From Malacoraja senta (taxonomy: Eukaryota), in contig CM075998.1 in the NCBI GenBank assembly GCA_038087875.1, positions 62,001 to 126,000 of the forward strand: a DNA stretch of 64,000 nucleotides, written 5' to 3'. Below, piece after piece: positions 63,848 to 64,000 of the stretch. Below the pieces are notes generated by a model that worked only from the letters and a program-made list of their open reading frames with translations, searched no databases and was not told the origin of the DNA. The position numbers and the translations under genes were made by a program. Position 1 is the stretch's first letter, and every line of letters starts with the position of its first letter.

Positions 63848-64000
63848 AATAGACAATAGACAATAGGTGCAGGAGTAGGCCATTCGGCCCTTCGAGCCAG
63901 CACCGCCATTCAATGTGATCACGGCTGATCATCCCCAATCAGTACCCCGTTCCTGCCTTCTCCCCATATCCCCTGACTCTGCTATCTTTAAGAGCCCTAT
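63847..64000 (-). mobile_element. CR1 3' end ((ATTGTCT)n tail), runs off the window
   Basis: ACAATAGACAATAGACAATAGGTGCAGGAGTAGGCCATTCGGCCCTTCGAG. Confidence 0.88.

Overview
Eukaryotic, almost certainly vertebrate, repeat-dense genomic DNA. The CR1 LINE families, HE1-like SINE tails and Penelope hairpins suggest a cartilaginous fish such as a skate or ray (inference). Bases 1-35,123 are nested, mostly decayed mobile elements: many CR1 LINEs (one near full length, with a zinc-finger/SGNH-esterase ORF1), two Rex1/Babar LINEs, a Vingi-like LINE, L1/Tx1 3' ends, Gypsy fragments, an internally deleted class I endogenous retrovirus (tRNA-Ser PBS, LTR, leader tandem repeats), Penelope-derived hairpins with hammerhead-ribozyme cores, and a probable non-autonomous Helitron. 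Bases 35,161-61,675 are a ~26.5 kb degenerate (TG)n array with higher-order structure and embedded CR1 pieces, ending at a 200-N gap. The only clear host gene segment is one minus-strand exon (63,370-63,544) of a LIV-1 family zinc transporter, most like SLC39A5/ZIP5. The most unexpected signal is an orphan SoxE-like HMG-box 'exon 2' at 25,672-25,846 (minus strand), with a splice acceptor at the conserved SoxE intron position. The His/Thr- and Cys/Val-rich ORFs in the track are microsatellite artefacts. All family calls come from motif recognition by eye; no searches were run, and many element boundaries are approximate.
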